A DNA stretch of 64,000 nucleotides from Trueperaceae bacterium (GTDB lineage: Bacteria; Deinococcota; Deinococci; Deinococcales; Trueperaceae), in contig JBBDRK010000049.1 of NCBI GenBank assembly GCA_040905465.1, positions 64,001-128,000 on the forward strand, written 5' to 3'. Positions 9,414 to 19,016 of this stretch are shown here, one piece after another (position 1 is the first letter of the stretch; every line of letters starts with the position of its first letter). Both the position numbers and the translations under genes were made by a program. Under the pieces are notes generated by a model that saw only the letters and a program-made list of their open reading frames with translations, did no database searches and was not told where the DNA came from.

Positions 9414-10832
9414 TCAAACCAGGAAGGCACTCGAGTCTGGCCATCTGGCCGGTGGAAGCAGCTCCTCGATCGCCCGGCTGAGGGTCAGGAGTTCCCTCTC
9501 GGCATGGGGCCGGCCCATGAGCTGAAGTCCCACCGGCAGTGGCGATTCTTTGTCGGTAACCGGCAGCGAGGTCGCGCAAAGACCGAAGGTGTTGGCGGGG
9601 CGGGTGTTGCGAAGCGCCGCATACTCTACGCTCCTCCGTTTATCCCGGTCTTCCATGCCTTCCAGGCTCATGGGGAGCATTTGGCGGGTGGGGGTTATCC
9701 AGGCATCGAACCCCTGCAAGCGATCGCCGGCTATCAGGCAAAGCTCGCCGTGACGGCGCAGTGCAGCAATATAGGTATCAGCCTTCATCTCGAGCGCGGT
9801 AGAAGCAGAAGCGAAGGCAACCTCACCGATGGTGCCCTGTGCGCTCAGGAAGCGGTCGCTACCTAACGTGGTGAGCAGTTCGGCTGGACTCACGACCAGG
9901 TTTATTCCCGGGCACTCGGAAGCCTCGGGAATGTCGACCTCGACCAGATTGGCGCCGGCATGTGCCAAAAGGTCGAGCGCGCTGTTCATCGAGCGCTCGA
10001 CGTGAGGATCGAGGTCGTCGAAGAAGTAGTTGCGCGGCACACCCAGGCGAACGGTCGACAAGTCGCCCTGGCGAACTCGCGACAGGCCGGCGACTGCCGC
10101 TGAATCCCCGGAGAGCGTCTCGAAGGTCAGCGCCGCGTCTGCTGCGCTGCGGGCATTGATCCCAACCGTGTCCATCGTTGGCGAAAGCGGGAACAAGCCG
10201 TCGGTGGGCCAGCGGCCCGCCGTCGTCTTCAATCCGAAGATTCCACAGAATGCGGCCGGTCCGCGAATCGATCCACCGGTGTCAGTTCCGAACGCAACGG
10301 CGCACATGCCTGCCGCCACCGCCACTGCCGAACCACTGCTCGATCCGCCGGGCGCCAGATGATGTTCCGACTCCCAGGGGTTCCACGGTGAGCCACGCGA
10401 AGGGTTGTAACCGAGTGTACCCAGCGCGAACTCATCTGTCCTGGTCTTACCCAGCAGAACCAAGCCTGCGCGTCGCAACGCAGATACGAAGCTCCCCTCG
10501 CCCCCCACCAGATCACTAACATCGAGATTTGAGCCGGCAGTGAGGGGCATACCCTCGATGACGAACAGGTCCTTTACCGCGACCGGAACACCCATTAGTG
10601 AGCCCAGGTCGGTACCGGCAGCGAGAAGGGCGTCCATCGCTCGCGCAGTCTCTATCGCCTGCTCGTCGGCCACGTGCTCAAATGCGCCCAACCGACCGTC
10701 GAGCAAGCGGATGCGATCCAGGTAGCTACGGGTTATCGCCTCGCTGGTTGTCTCGCCACGCCGATAGCTCCGTGCGAATTCGCCAAGTCCACCTGCCTCC
10801 AACGGATCTGGTGGCAGCTCACTGATGCTCAT
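9414..10832 (-). CDS. Amidase signature family enzyme
   Basis: VAVKDLF (catalytic Lys), [23 protein letters not shown]. Confidence 0.93.
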   Translation of the reverse strand: MSISELPPDPLEAGGLGEFARSYRRGETTSEAITRSYLDRIRLLDGRLGAFEHVADEQAIETARAMDALLAAGTDLGSLMGVPVAVKDLFVIEGMPLTAGSNLDVSDLVGGEGSFVSALRRAGLVLLGKTRTDEFALGTLGYNPSRGSPWNPWESEHHLAPGGSSSGSAVAVAAGMCAVAFGTDTGGSIRGPAAFCGIFGLKTTAGRWPTDGLFPLSPTMDTVGINARSAADAALTFETLSGDSAAVAGLSRVRQGDLSTVRLGVPRNYFFDDLDPHVERSMNSALDLLAHAGANLVEVDIPEASECPGINLVVSPAELLTTLGSDRFLSAQGTIGEVAFASASTALEMKADTYIAALRRHGELCLIAGDRLQGFDAWITPTRQMLPMSLEGMEDRDKRRSVEYAALRNTRPANTFGLCATSLPVTDKESPLPVGLQLMGRPHAERELLTLSRAIEELLPPARWPDSSAFLV

Positions 10833-10913
10833 CGATATCTCCTCCTACAGGGCGCCAACTGGAACGGCGAGGATGATAACCTACCCCCCGAAACGCCGCC
10901 GGACTCGGTGCCC

Positions 10914-12062
10914 ATGATCCACATTCGGGGCTGCAGTACGCCGTCGCACATCAGCGTCAGGAGGGGAAGCGACATCAGCACTCGCATCGTTCTTACCGCC
11001 GCCGGAGACATAGTCGTGAGGCACCGCCTCTTCGAGCAGGACCGTCTCCTTCACCCCCCCTACCAGAAGACCATCGACTTCATGGCCAGTGGCGACCTCG
11101 CCTGGGGTTCCTGCGAAGTCCAATTCTCCGAGCGGGGATTTCGCACCGACTCGCTGGTCGCCTACCTGGTCGAACCCGAGGTCGCCTTGGACCTGGGCCG
11201 GGCGGGGTTCGACGTCATGACCGTCGCCACCAACCACACCTGGGACTTTGGCCCCGACGCCTTCCTCGACACCCTCGAGAACCTCCGCAGGGGCGGGATC
11301 ACATCCGTGGGTGGGGGAAGCGACCTCGACCAGGCGCTGTCCCCGGTCGTTTTCGAGCGCAACGGAATGAAACTGGGCATCGTAGCAGTATCCTGCCTGC
11401 TCCCGCCCTACTACGCTGCCACGGCCGAGCGGCCCGGAATTGCGCCGCTACGCGTTCACCAGTCGCACCGCTTCGATCCGCTGCGCATGATGATCGAACC
11501 CAGCGCGCCCCTGTCCATATCCAGCTCCATCGACAACGACGACTGGCGGGCGCTCACCGATCAGATTGAGGCTCTCGAGAGTCAGGTCGACTTCGTGTTG
11601 GTGAGCGTGCACTGGGGTTACGGGCGCGGCGAACCGCTTGCCGACTACCAGCAACCGCTGGGGCGCGCACTCATCGATGCAGGTGCCCACATGGTCCTGG
11701 GCAACCACACCCACAGTCCCAGTGGGATAGAGCTGCACGAAGGACGTCCCATCATCTACGGGTTGGGCAATCACATCGCTCAGCAGGACCGTACCGGCGC
11801 GAACGAGGTGCAGAAAGCGGTGTTCGCCGACATCGACGAATGGTCTTCTTTGGCGCGCTTCACGCTCGCGCCCGGGCGTGTCGAGCGAATCGAAGTCATA
11901 CCCACCTGGTGCGATGAGAGCGGGTTACCGATACCGATAACCGATGCCAAGGAGGCCGGGGCAGTACTGGGTCGTATCGCCCGACTGAGCGGAGAACTGG
12001 GCACCAGGCTCGAGGTCGACGGGTTGGCGGGCGAAGTGGTACTTGCCCAGGAGAAGGGGTGA
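10914..12062 (+). CDS. CapA (PGA_cap) family metallophosphoesterase-fold protein
   Basis: AAGDI, ATNHTWDFG, VHWG, GNHTH, YGLGN. The start is uncertain: ATG 10914, or ATC 10974 following a strong RBS. Confidence 0.85.
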   Translation: MIHIRGCSTPSHISVRRGSDISTRIVLTAAGDIVVRHRLFEQDRLLHPPYQKTIDFMASGDLAWGSCEVQFSERGFRTDSLVAYLVEPEVALDLGRAGFDVMTVATNHTWDFGPDAFLDTLENLRRGGITSVGGGSDLDQALSPVVFERNGMKLGIVAVSCLLPPYYAATAERPGIAPLRVHQSHRFDPLRMMIEPSAPLSISSSIDNDDWRALTDQIEALESQVDFVLVSVHWGYGRGEPLADYQQPLGRALIDAGAHMVLGNHTHSPSGIELHEGRPIIYGLGNHIAQQDRTGANEVQKAVFADIDEWSSLARFTLAPGRVERIEVIPTWCDESGLPIPITDAKEAGAVLGRIARLSGELGTRLEVDGLAGEVVLAQEKG

Positions 12063-12072
12063 GGTCAAAGGC

Positions 12073-12825
12073 ATGCGAGAGATAATCGATTCGCACACTC
12101 ACGTCGACATGAACGAGGCGTTCGGCTGGTTCGACCCGCCCGAGAGTATCCTCGAGCTGATGGACGAGGCGGGGATCGCCAAGGCGGTGATCATGACCTA
12201 CGCAGATGCTCCTGCGACCGGTAAGCACCCTCTCGAGTACATCGCCGGCGCCGTGAAGCAGTATCCCGACCGGCTCATCGGTTTCGCTCGCATGAATCCC
12301 TTCTATGGTGAACGCTCGAGTCGGCTGCTGGAGGAGGCCCTGACCGACCTGCGCTTCAAGGGACTGAAGATTCATCAGGAGAGCATCACCGCGGTTCCCT
12401 ACAATCCTGCCGTACTCGAACTGGTGCGGGTGGCGGCCAGGCACCGTGCTCCTGTCCTGTTCCACACCGGCGACGAAGCGATGAGCCTCCCGTTGCAGGT
12501 CGCCCGTTGTGCTCGGGCGGCGCCGGAAGCCACCATCATCATGGCGCACTGCGGCGGCTACTTCCATGCCGACGAGGCAATCGCGGTGGCCGAAGAGTAC
12601 GACAACCTGATGATCGACACCTCGGCGATTCCTTATCCCGACAAACTGGCTGAGGCCGTGAGGCGCCTGGGACCGCAGCGGGTCTTGTTCGGCAGCGACG
12701 GACCGGGCTGCAATCCCGCGCTCGAGCTGAGGAAGTTGGAGTTGGCCGGGCTTTCCGAGCGCGACATGGACCTGCTCCTGTGGGAGAACATGGCGTCGCT
12801 CCTCGATCGGGTGAAGCACGACTAG
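12073..12825 (+). CDS. Amidohydrolase family (Amidohydro_2) TIM-barrel metal hydrolase
   Basis: IIDSHTH, GLKIH, LFHTG, MAHCGG, LFGSDGP. Confidence 0.9.
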   Translation: MREIIDSHTHVDMNEAFGWFDPPESILELMDEAGIAKAVIMTYADAPATGKHPLEYIAGAVKQYPDRLIGFARMNPFYGERSSRLLEEALTDLRFKGLKIHQESITAVPYNPAVLELVRVAARHRAPVLFHTGDEAMSLPLQVARCARAAPEATIIMAHCGGYFHADEAIAVAEEYDNLMIDTSAIPYPDKLAEAVRRLGPQRVLFGSDGPGCNPALELRKLELAGLSERDMDLLLWENMASLLDRVKHD

Positions 12826-12834
12826 GACGAGCTG

Positions 12835-13584
12835 ATGACTATCGACATTCACACTCATATCGGACAATCGATCTACGGCTATGGGCAGAGACCCCACGAG
12901 CTGATCGCCCGCATGGACCGCCTGGCAATCGAACGAGCAGTGGTTTGCCCGGTCCAGCCGATCGACTACCACCTCGAGCCGGCCAACGACGAGGTGGCCG
13001 CTGCTGTAAACGAGCACCCCGACAGGCTGCTGGGCTTTTGCCGCGTCGATCCCCGGCGGGGCGAGCGCGCTGTCGAAGAGCTCCGGCGAGCGGTATCGCA
13101 ACTGGGCCTCTCGGGCCTCTTCCTCCACCCCTGGGAGGAGGGCTACTCGGTAAACGATGAGAAGGTAGTGCGGGTAGTAGGAGTTGCCGGTGAGCTAGGC
13201 GTGCCGGTGATGATCGCTGCCGGCTATCCCTGGTACTCTCACCCGCTACAGGTTGCCGACTTGGCCCGCCGTTTTCCACGACAGAAGTTCCTGATGACAC
13301 ACGGCGGGCAACTGAACATCAGCGGGCTGGCCCAGCAGGATGCGATGACGGCGTTGAGCGAATGTCCCAACATCCTCATCGAGGTCTCCGGTGTGTACCG
13401 GCAGGATTTCATCGAGGGCGTGGTTCAGGGGCTGGGCGGAGAGCGGGTACTGTTTGGCAGTAACTCGCCTCAGATGCACCAGGAATTCGAGCTGGAACGC
13501 ATCCACTCAGTCAAGGTGACGGCGCAGGCGCGGGAACGAATCCTCGCCTACAACGCCCGGGAGTTGCTCGATATTCCCGATTGA
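12835..13584 (+). CDS. Amidohydrolase family (Amidohydro_2) protein, second paralog
   Basis: IDIHTH, LFLHP, MTHGG, LFGSNSP. Some metal or catalytic positions are altered relative to the neighbouring paralog. Confidence 0.85.
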   Translation: MTIDIHTHIGQSIYGYGQRPHELIARMDRLAIERAVVCPVQPIDYHLEPANDEVAAAVNEHPDRLLGFCRVDPRRGERAVEELRRAVSQLGLSGLFLHPWEEGYSVNDEKVVRVVGVAGELGVPVMIAAGYPWYSHPLQVADLARRFPRQKFLMTHGGQLNISGLAQQDAMTALSECPNILIEVSGVYRQDFIEGVVQGLGGERVLFGSNSPQMHQEFELERIHSVKVTAQARERILAYNARELLDIPD

Positions 13585-13597
13585 GTGCCTCGCTGAT

Positions 13598-14308
13598 TCA
13601 GCTGGTCTCGACCAGCGCCTCAACTCCGGCTTGGTACGCGCCCAACATTAGTTTCACTGCTCGGTGCAGGTGCTCCTGCAGGAGCTTCTCGAGTCGCTCC
13701 GGTGAATCTTTGCCCAGCGCATTGAGGATCTCCTGATGGAGGCGCGGGACCTCGGCAGGATCGGAATGGATCCCGAAATTGATGGCTATGAAGAACCTTG
13801 TCTGCAGGGAAATCGTCTTGAGAGTCTGCTGCAGCAGTGAATGGTTCGACAACCGCCAGATCTCGCGGTGGAACTCGAAGTCGAGGTGCAGGAGCTCCTG
13901 GTACTCCTCACGCTGAATACTGCTCCACATCGCACCTACTATTCCGTGAAGGGTGGAGAGATCGGCTGGAGTAACGCGCTCGGCAGCAAGTCTTACGGCG
14001 TATCCCTCGAGCATCGCTCTGAGGTCGTAGAGCTCCTCAAGGTCACGACTGGTCCACTCACGTATGACCGCTTGTCGTCCCGGCTCCTTGATCAGGAGGC
14101 CGTCCTTTTGCAGTTCAGCCAAGGCCTCGCGTACCGGAGAGCGACTTATTCCCATCTCTGCCGCCAGCTCCGCCTCGGCCAAACGGTCGCCGGGACGTAG
14201 CTCACCGGCGAACAGCTTGTTGGTAACGGCCTCGAGCACCTGCTCGGCTAGTGTTCCTCTGCGCAGGCGATTGAAGGAGTCTCTGCCACCGCGGTCCGGC
14301 TCGGTCAT
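13598..14308 (-). CDS. GntR family transcriptional regulator (FCD domain)
   Basis: PGDRLAEAELAAEMGISRSPVREAL HTH; FCD-type DFEFH...LHQEIL...EH. Confidence 0.92.
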   Translation of the reverse strand: MTEPDRGGRDSFNRLRRGTLAEQVLEAVTNKLFAGELRPGDRLAEAELAAEMGISRSPVREALAELQKDGLLIKEPGRQAVIREWTSRDLEELYDLRAMLEGYAVRLAAERVTPADLSTLHGIVGAMWSSIQREEYQELLHLDFEFHREIWRLSNHSLLQQTLKTISLQTRFFIAINFGIHSDPAEVPRLHQEILNALGKDSPERLEKLLQEHLHRAVKLMLGAYQAGVEALVETS

Positions 14309-14411
14309 CGAAAGTCCCTCAGGTAGGCGGGTGGGGCAAAAGACATGGCCAGCCATCCTGCCGGTCCTGAACCGCTGCCGCCGCCGACCGGTTCGAATTG
14401 CTTGATCGGCC

Positions 14412-15902
14412 TCACACCTGGAGCACGAAGGGATCCTTCGTCTCTTCCGAGTAATCGATCCACACGTTCTTTATTCGGGTGTTCTCCCACAAGGCTTCTA
14501 TTCCGTTCTCCCGACCGTGCCCACTGTCCTTGTACCCTCCGAATGGTACGAGATGTGACGCTTCACGGTAAGTATTGACCCACACCGAGCCGGCGACGAT
14601 ACGATTGACCATACGCAGCGCACGGTTTATGTCCTGGGTCCATACCCCCGCGCTAAGACCGAAGCTGGTGTCGTTCGCAATCTGAACGCACTCCTCCTCG
14701 TCATCGAAGCGGAGCACGCAAAGCACTGGTCCAAAGACCTCTTCACGCAGCACCCGCATGCTTCCGTCGACGTTGTCGAGGATAGTCGGAGGGTAGAAGA
14801 GACTCTCCTTGCCGTCGCGCACGACCCGCTCTCCGCCGGTCAGAACCTTTGCACCCTTGGTGACCGCATCCTTGACCAGTTCGTCGATGCGCCGTACCTG
14901 CTGTTCGGAGACGATGGGCCCCATCTGCACATCGCTGTCCAGCGGATTGCCCATGTTGATCTTCGACGCGATCGCCACCAGCTTCTCCAGGAACTGCTCG
15001 GAGATAGTGCGCTCCACGAGCAGACGCGAGCCGGCACGGCAGGTCTGTCCGCCGGCGCTGAAGATTCCGCGAACCACTCCAATCAGTGCCTTGTCCATGT
15101 TGGCGTCGGCAAAGACGATGTTGGGCGACTTTCCGCCCAGTTCCAAGGTGACCGGCTTGAGGTTCTCTCCAGCGGCCCGGGCAACGTGACGGCCGGTCTC
15201 GGTGCCACCGGTGAAGGCGACCTTGTCGACACCGCTGCTGGTAGCAAGCGCGTCGCCCACCACCGCCCCCAAACCCGTGACCACGTTGATGACGCCGTTT
15301 GGAAAGCCCACCTCACTTGCCAGGCGAGCGAGCTCCAGGGTTGTGACCGGCGTCTGTTCGGCCGGTTTTACTACGACGGTGTTGCCGGCCGCCAGTGCCG
15401 GAGCGATCTTGTAGCTGAGCAACAGCAGGGGCGAGTTCCAGGGGACGATCGCTGCAATGACCCCGTAGGGTTCGCGCACCGTGTAGTCCAGCGTGTCCTT
15501 CTTGCCCAGAGGGATGCTGTGGCCAAAAATTATCTCGGAGAGACCGGCATAGAACTCGAACCACTTCGCCGAGGCCTTCATCTGCGATTTGGCTTCGGCC
15601 AGGAGCTTGCCGTTGGAGCGAGCTTCCATTTCGGCGAGACGTTCGGCATTGTCGCGGATCGCTGCTGCCAGCTTCCTCATCAAATCCCCGCGCTGGGAAG
15701 GAGCGCTCTCACCCCAACCGCCGTCGAAGGCTGCCCTGGCAGCAGCCACCGCCCGCTCGACGTCCTCGAGCCGACCTTCGGGAACCTGGGCCCAAGGCGT
15801 GCGGTCGAAGGGAAACTCGATTTCCATCGCCTTCTGGGTGTCGGGCGAGGTGAACTCGCCATCGATGAACATTCCGAAACGCATAACGTCCGCAGCTTTC
15901 AT
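14412..15902 (-). CDS. NAD(P)-dependent aldehyde dehydrogenase
   Basis: PWNSP, KPAEQTP, FTGGTETG, LELGGKSP, catalytic Cys in GQTCRAGS, EEVFGP. RBS GGAGG precedes ATG 15902. Confidence 0.95.
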   Translation of the reverse strand: MKAADVMRFGMFIDGEFTSPDTQKAMEIEFPFDRTPWAQVPEGRLEDVERAVAAARAAFDGGWGESAPSQRGDLMRKLAAAIRDNAERLAEMEARSNGKLLAEAKSQMKASAKWFEFYAGLSEIIFGHSIPLGKKDTLDYTVREPYGVIAAIVPWNSPLLLLSYKIAPALAAGNTVVVKPAEQTPVTTLELARLASEVGFPNGVINVVTGLGAVVGDALATSSGVDKVAFTGGTETGRHVARAAGENLKPVTLELGGKSPNIVFADANMDKALIGVVRGIFSAGGQTCRAGSRLLVERTISEQFLEKLVAIASKINMGNPLDSDVQMGPIVSEQQVRRIDELVKDAVTKGAKVLTGGERVVRDGKESLFYPPTILDNVDGSMRVLREEVFGPVLCVLRFDDEEECVQIANDTSFGLSAGVWTQDINRALRMVNRIVAGSVWVNTYREASHLVPFGGYKDSGHGRENGIEALWENTRIKNVWIDYSEETKDPFVLQV

Positions 15903-15915
15903 GGGTGCCTCCACT

Positions 15916-15928
15916 TTCTGTCGACAGT
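15916..15928. promoter_or_regulatory. Putative GntR operator, copy 1 (TTCTGTCGACAGT)
   Basis: Contains the palindrome CTGTCGACAG; an identical 13-mer occurs at 16107 in the same divergent intergenic region. Confidence 0.6.
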
Positions 15929-16106
15929 CGCCAGCCAATTGCACGGCAAGCATAGGAGCGAGCCGGCGGGATGTCAAGGACAATGCGACGCCCGCGAGCT
16001 GCGGCAGAGGCACAATATTCCCTCGCTGACGCGGTACTCGTACATTCAACGAGCGCTGTCGCGTTGACACCCAGGCCTGGGCCATGCTATTCGTTGACCG
16101 TTCACA

Positions 16107-16119
16107 TTCTGTCGACAGT
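16107..16119. promoter_or_regulatory. Putative GntR operator, copy 2 (TTCTGTCGACAGT)
   Basis: Identical to 15916-15928. It lies just downstream of TTGACA (16064) ... TGCTATTCG, a candidate promoter for the decarboxylase. Confidence 0.6.
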
Positions 16120-16171
16120 TTGCTGTCGCGCGACGGCGAGAACGTTTCCGGGATTCCCAGAAGGGGTTGAG

Positions 16172-17548
16172 TTGACCGACTTCCAGAAGCACTTCACCGA
16201 GTACATCGGTGTTCACCAGAACGGACACCTATGGGTCGAGGGACTGGATTGCGTCGAGCTGGCCGAGCGGTTCGGCACGCCGCTCTATGTGGTGAGCGAG
16301 AGCCAGCTGCGACACAATTACCGCCGATTCCGAGAGGCGTTCGCCTCCCGATACCCTAACGTGCAGGTGCTTTTCGCCAACAAAGCGCTCAACAACCTGG
16401 CGGTGCGGCACATCATGAACGACGAGGGTGCCGGCGGCGACTGTTTCGGTGTTGCCGAGCTCTACCTGAGCCTGCTCTCGGGCGTCGACCCGGCAAAGCT
16501 GGTGCTCAACGGCAGCAACAAGACTCAGCAGGAGATCGACATGGCGGTCGAGGCGGGCGTGTGCATAAACATCGACGCCATGGACGAACTCGAGATGATC
16601 GAGGATGCCGCCCGGAGGTTCGGCGAGCCGGTCGACGTGGGGATTCGGGTGAGCCTTCTTCTCTCTGCCCTGGAGCATCGTCACTCAGGCTCAGACCTCC
16701 ATGGCGCCGGCAGCCTGGCCGACCAGGGCAGGGACAACAAGTGGGGGATGACCCTCGAGCAGACGATCGATCTTGCCAAGAGAGTGAAAGAGCTCGACGG
16801 CTTTACCCTCAAGGAGATCCACTACCACCTGGGGCGAGTGAGCCACGAAGTAGAAGACTTCGCTCACATGAGCCGCGAAATGGTGCAGTGGGCAGCGAAG
16901 ATCAGGGACGCCACCGGTAGCGCCCCCAACTACCTCGACCTGGGCGGCGGCTGGACGGTGGGTAGACCCGAGGGCCTGGGCCCGCATGGGGAAGACGACG
17001 AGACCACCCCCGCCTTCGACGACTACGCCGAGGCCACGACCGACGCCATTCGGGACGAGTGCGAGCGCCACGGTCTCGACCTGCCGGGCCTCAAGCTCGA
17101 ACCGGGACGGGCGATCGCGGCGTCGGCGGTAATAACCCTGGGCAGGGTCGGTGCGGTAAAGGTGCACCCGGACTTCAAGACCTGGGTCAATGTCGACTGC
17201 AGCACCAACCATGTCATCCGAATCTTCACCTCGGACTGGTACCACCACATCCACTCCGTGAACAAGGCGAGTCAGGAAGCGAACGTGACGGTGGACGTGG
17301 TGGGCTCACTGTGCAGCCTCGACCTGCTGGGGGCCGACCGGTTTCTACCCGAGCCGCGACGCGGCGATCTCGTGGCCCTGATGGATACAGGCGCCTACGC
17401 CGAGACGGCAGCTTCGAACTTCAACGCCGAACCCAGGCCGGCAACCGTGCTGGTCAACGGCGAGCAGGCAGACGTCATTTCCGAAAGAGAAACGCTACGT
17501 GACGTCATCGGCCGCTACAAGGTACCGGCCAGGTTCTTCGCCAGATGA
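16172..17548 (+). CDS. Diaminopimelate-decarboxylase-like (fold III PLP) amino acid decarboxylase
   Basis: FGTPLYV, FANKAL (PLP Lys), DLGGG, LEPGR, GSLC, DTGAY, SNFN. TTG start after AAGGGG. Confidence 0.85.
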   Translation: MTDFQKHFTEYIGVHQNGHLWVEGLDCVELAERFGTPLYVVSESQLRHNYRRFREAFASRYPNVQVLFANKALNNLAVRHIMNDEGAGGDCFGVAELYLSLLSGVDPAKLVLNGSNKTQQEIDMAVEAGVCINIDAMDELEMIEDAARRFGEPVDVGIRVSLLLSALEHRHSGSDLHGAGSLADQGRDNKWGMTLEQTIDLAKRVKELDGFTLKEIHYHLGRVSHEVEDFAHMSREMVQWAAKIRDATGSAPNYLDLGGGWTVGRPEGLGPHGEDDETTPAFDDYAEATTDAIRDECERHGLDLPGLKLEPGRAIAASAVITLGRVGAVKVHPDFKTWVNVDCSTNHVIRIFTSDWYHHIHSVNKASQEANVTVDVVGSLCSLDLLGADRFLPEPRRGDLVALMDTGAYAETAASNFNAEPRPATVLVNGEQADVISERETLRDVIGRYKVPARFFAR

Positions 17549-17629
17549 ACGGCCAAGAGATCGATCGCGCAAGGCAACAAACTCATGCGAGGTTACGCAG
17601 TCTCAGGAAAGAACAGATGGAGGCACAGG

Positions 17630-18988
17630 ATGTCAGGCAGTGACAGCGAGCGGATTCTTCGGGAGAACAAGGAGTTCATACTCCACCCTTGGACGCGGCA
17701 GGCGGATGTCAATCCCAAGCTGGTAACCAAGGCGGAAGGTTGCCACTTTTGGGACGCAGACGGGAAGAAGTACCTGGATCTCGCTTCACAGTTGGTCAAC
17801 GTGAACCTGGGCCACGGCCACCCCAAGGTGGTAGCCGCTATCCAGGAGCAAGCTCGGAAGCTCGCCTACATCTCCCCTGGCTTCGCAACCGACGTGAAGA
17901 GCGAGTTGGGTCGCCTCGTCGCCGACGTGGCACCGGGTGATCTCAAGCGCAGCTTCTTCACCACGGGCGGAGCGGAGTCCAACGAGTTTGCCATCAAGAT
18001 CGCCAGGCTGGTTACGGGAAAGAACAAGATCATCGCCCGCTACCGCTCCTACCACGGCTCCACCGCCGGCGCCTTCAGCCTCACTGGCGACGAACGTCGC
18101 GCCTATAACGAACCGGGGCTTCCGGGAGTCAAACACGCTATGGCGCCCTACTGCTACCGGTGCCCCTTCCACCGGGACGGCAGCACCTGCGCTACCAACT
18201 GCGTCAGTTCGCTGAGCTACCTGGAAGAAGTCATCGGCCAGGAAAATCCGGAGTCAATCGCAGCCGTATTCGTCGAAGGCATCACCGGACCGACCAACGG
18301 CCTCTACCTGCCTCCCGAGGGCTACTTCCAGAACCTGCGAGCGCTGTGCGACAAGTACGGCGTCTTGCTGGTAGTCGATGAAGTGATGTCGGGCTGGGGC
18401 AGGACAGGCGAGTGGTTTTCCGTCGATCACCACGGCGTAGTTCCCGACATCATCACGACCGCCAAGGGGATAACCAACGGCATGGTCCCGCTGGGCGCCG
18501 TAATCGTCAACGACCGGGTGGGCAAGGAGCTCGACAGCAAAAAGCTGTGGTCGGGACTTACCTACAGCGGTCATCCGCTCGCGGCGGCAGCTGGCATAGC
18601 GACCATCAAGGCGATGCAGGAAGAGAACCTCGTACAGCGATCGAAGGAGACGGGCAACTTCCTGCTCGAGCGACTTGCCGAACTGGCTGCCCTACACCCT
18701 TCGATTGGAAACGTACGCGGTAAGGGGTTGTTCGCCGCAATCGAACTGGTGGCAGATCGCGACAGCAAGGTGCCGCTCACCAAGGGTGACGGCGTGCCGG
18801 CAACCTTGATGCAGGAGATTGGGCGCTCACTCGACGAGTCCGGAATCTACACAATGGTACGGCCCAACCTCATCGCCATAACTCCGCCTCTGGTGATCAG
18901 CGAAGACCTCCTCCAGATCGGTCTCGACGCGATCGATAAGGCGCTGGAGATAGCGGACCGCCACGTGAGTACAGGCGTTCTCACGTGA
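17630..18988 (+). CDS. Class III PLP aminotransferase (omega-amine transaminase-like)
   Basis: GKKYLD, GGAESNE, SYHGST, DEVMSGWGRTG, PDIITTAKG, TYSGHP. Confidence 0.93.
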   Translation: MSGSDSERILRENKEFILHPWTRQADVNPKLVTKAEGCHFWDADGKKYLDLASQLVNVNLGHGHPKVVAAIQEQARKLAYISPGFATDVKSELGRLVADVAPGDLKRSFFTTGGAESNEFAIKIARLVTGKNKIIARYRSYHGSTAGAFSLTGDERRAYNEPGLPGVKHAMAPYCYRCPFHRDGSTCATNCVSSLSYLEEVIGQENPESIAAVFVEGITGPTNGLYLPPEGYFQNLRALCDKYGVLLVVDEVMSGWGRTGEWFSVDHHGVVPDIITTAKGITNGMVPLGAVIVNDRVGKELDSKKLWSGLTYSGHPLAAAAGIATIKAMQEENLVQRSKETGNFLLERLAELAALHPSIGNVRGKGLFAAIELVADRDSKVPLTKGDGVPATLMQEIGRSLDESGIYTMVRPNLIAITPPLVISEDLLQIGLDAIDKALEIADRHVSTGVLT

Positions 18989-19016
18989 GGCGAAGAGCCA
19001 GGGCAGCCGCTGACAC

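Noticed and set aside
10914-12062. CapA as evidence of poly-gamma-glutamate capsule synthesis
   Set aside because: No capB/capC in the window and no membrane anchor; the context is catabolic.
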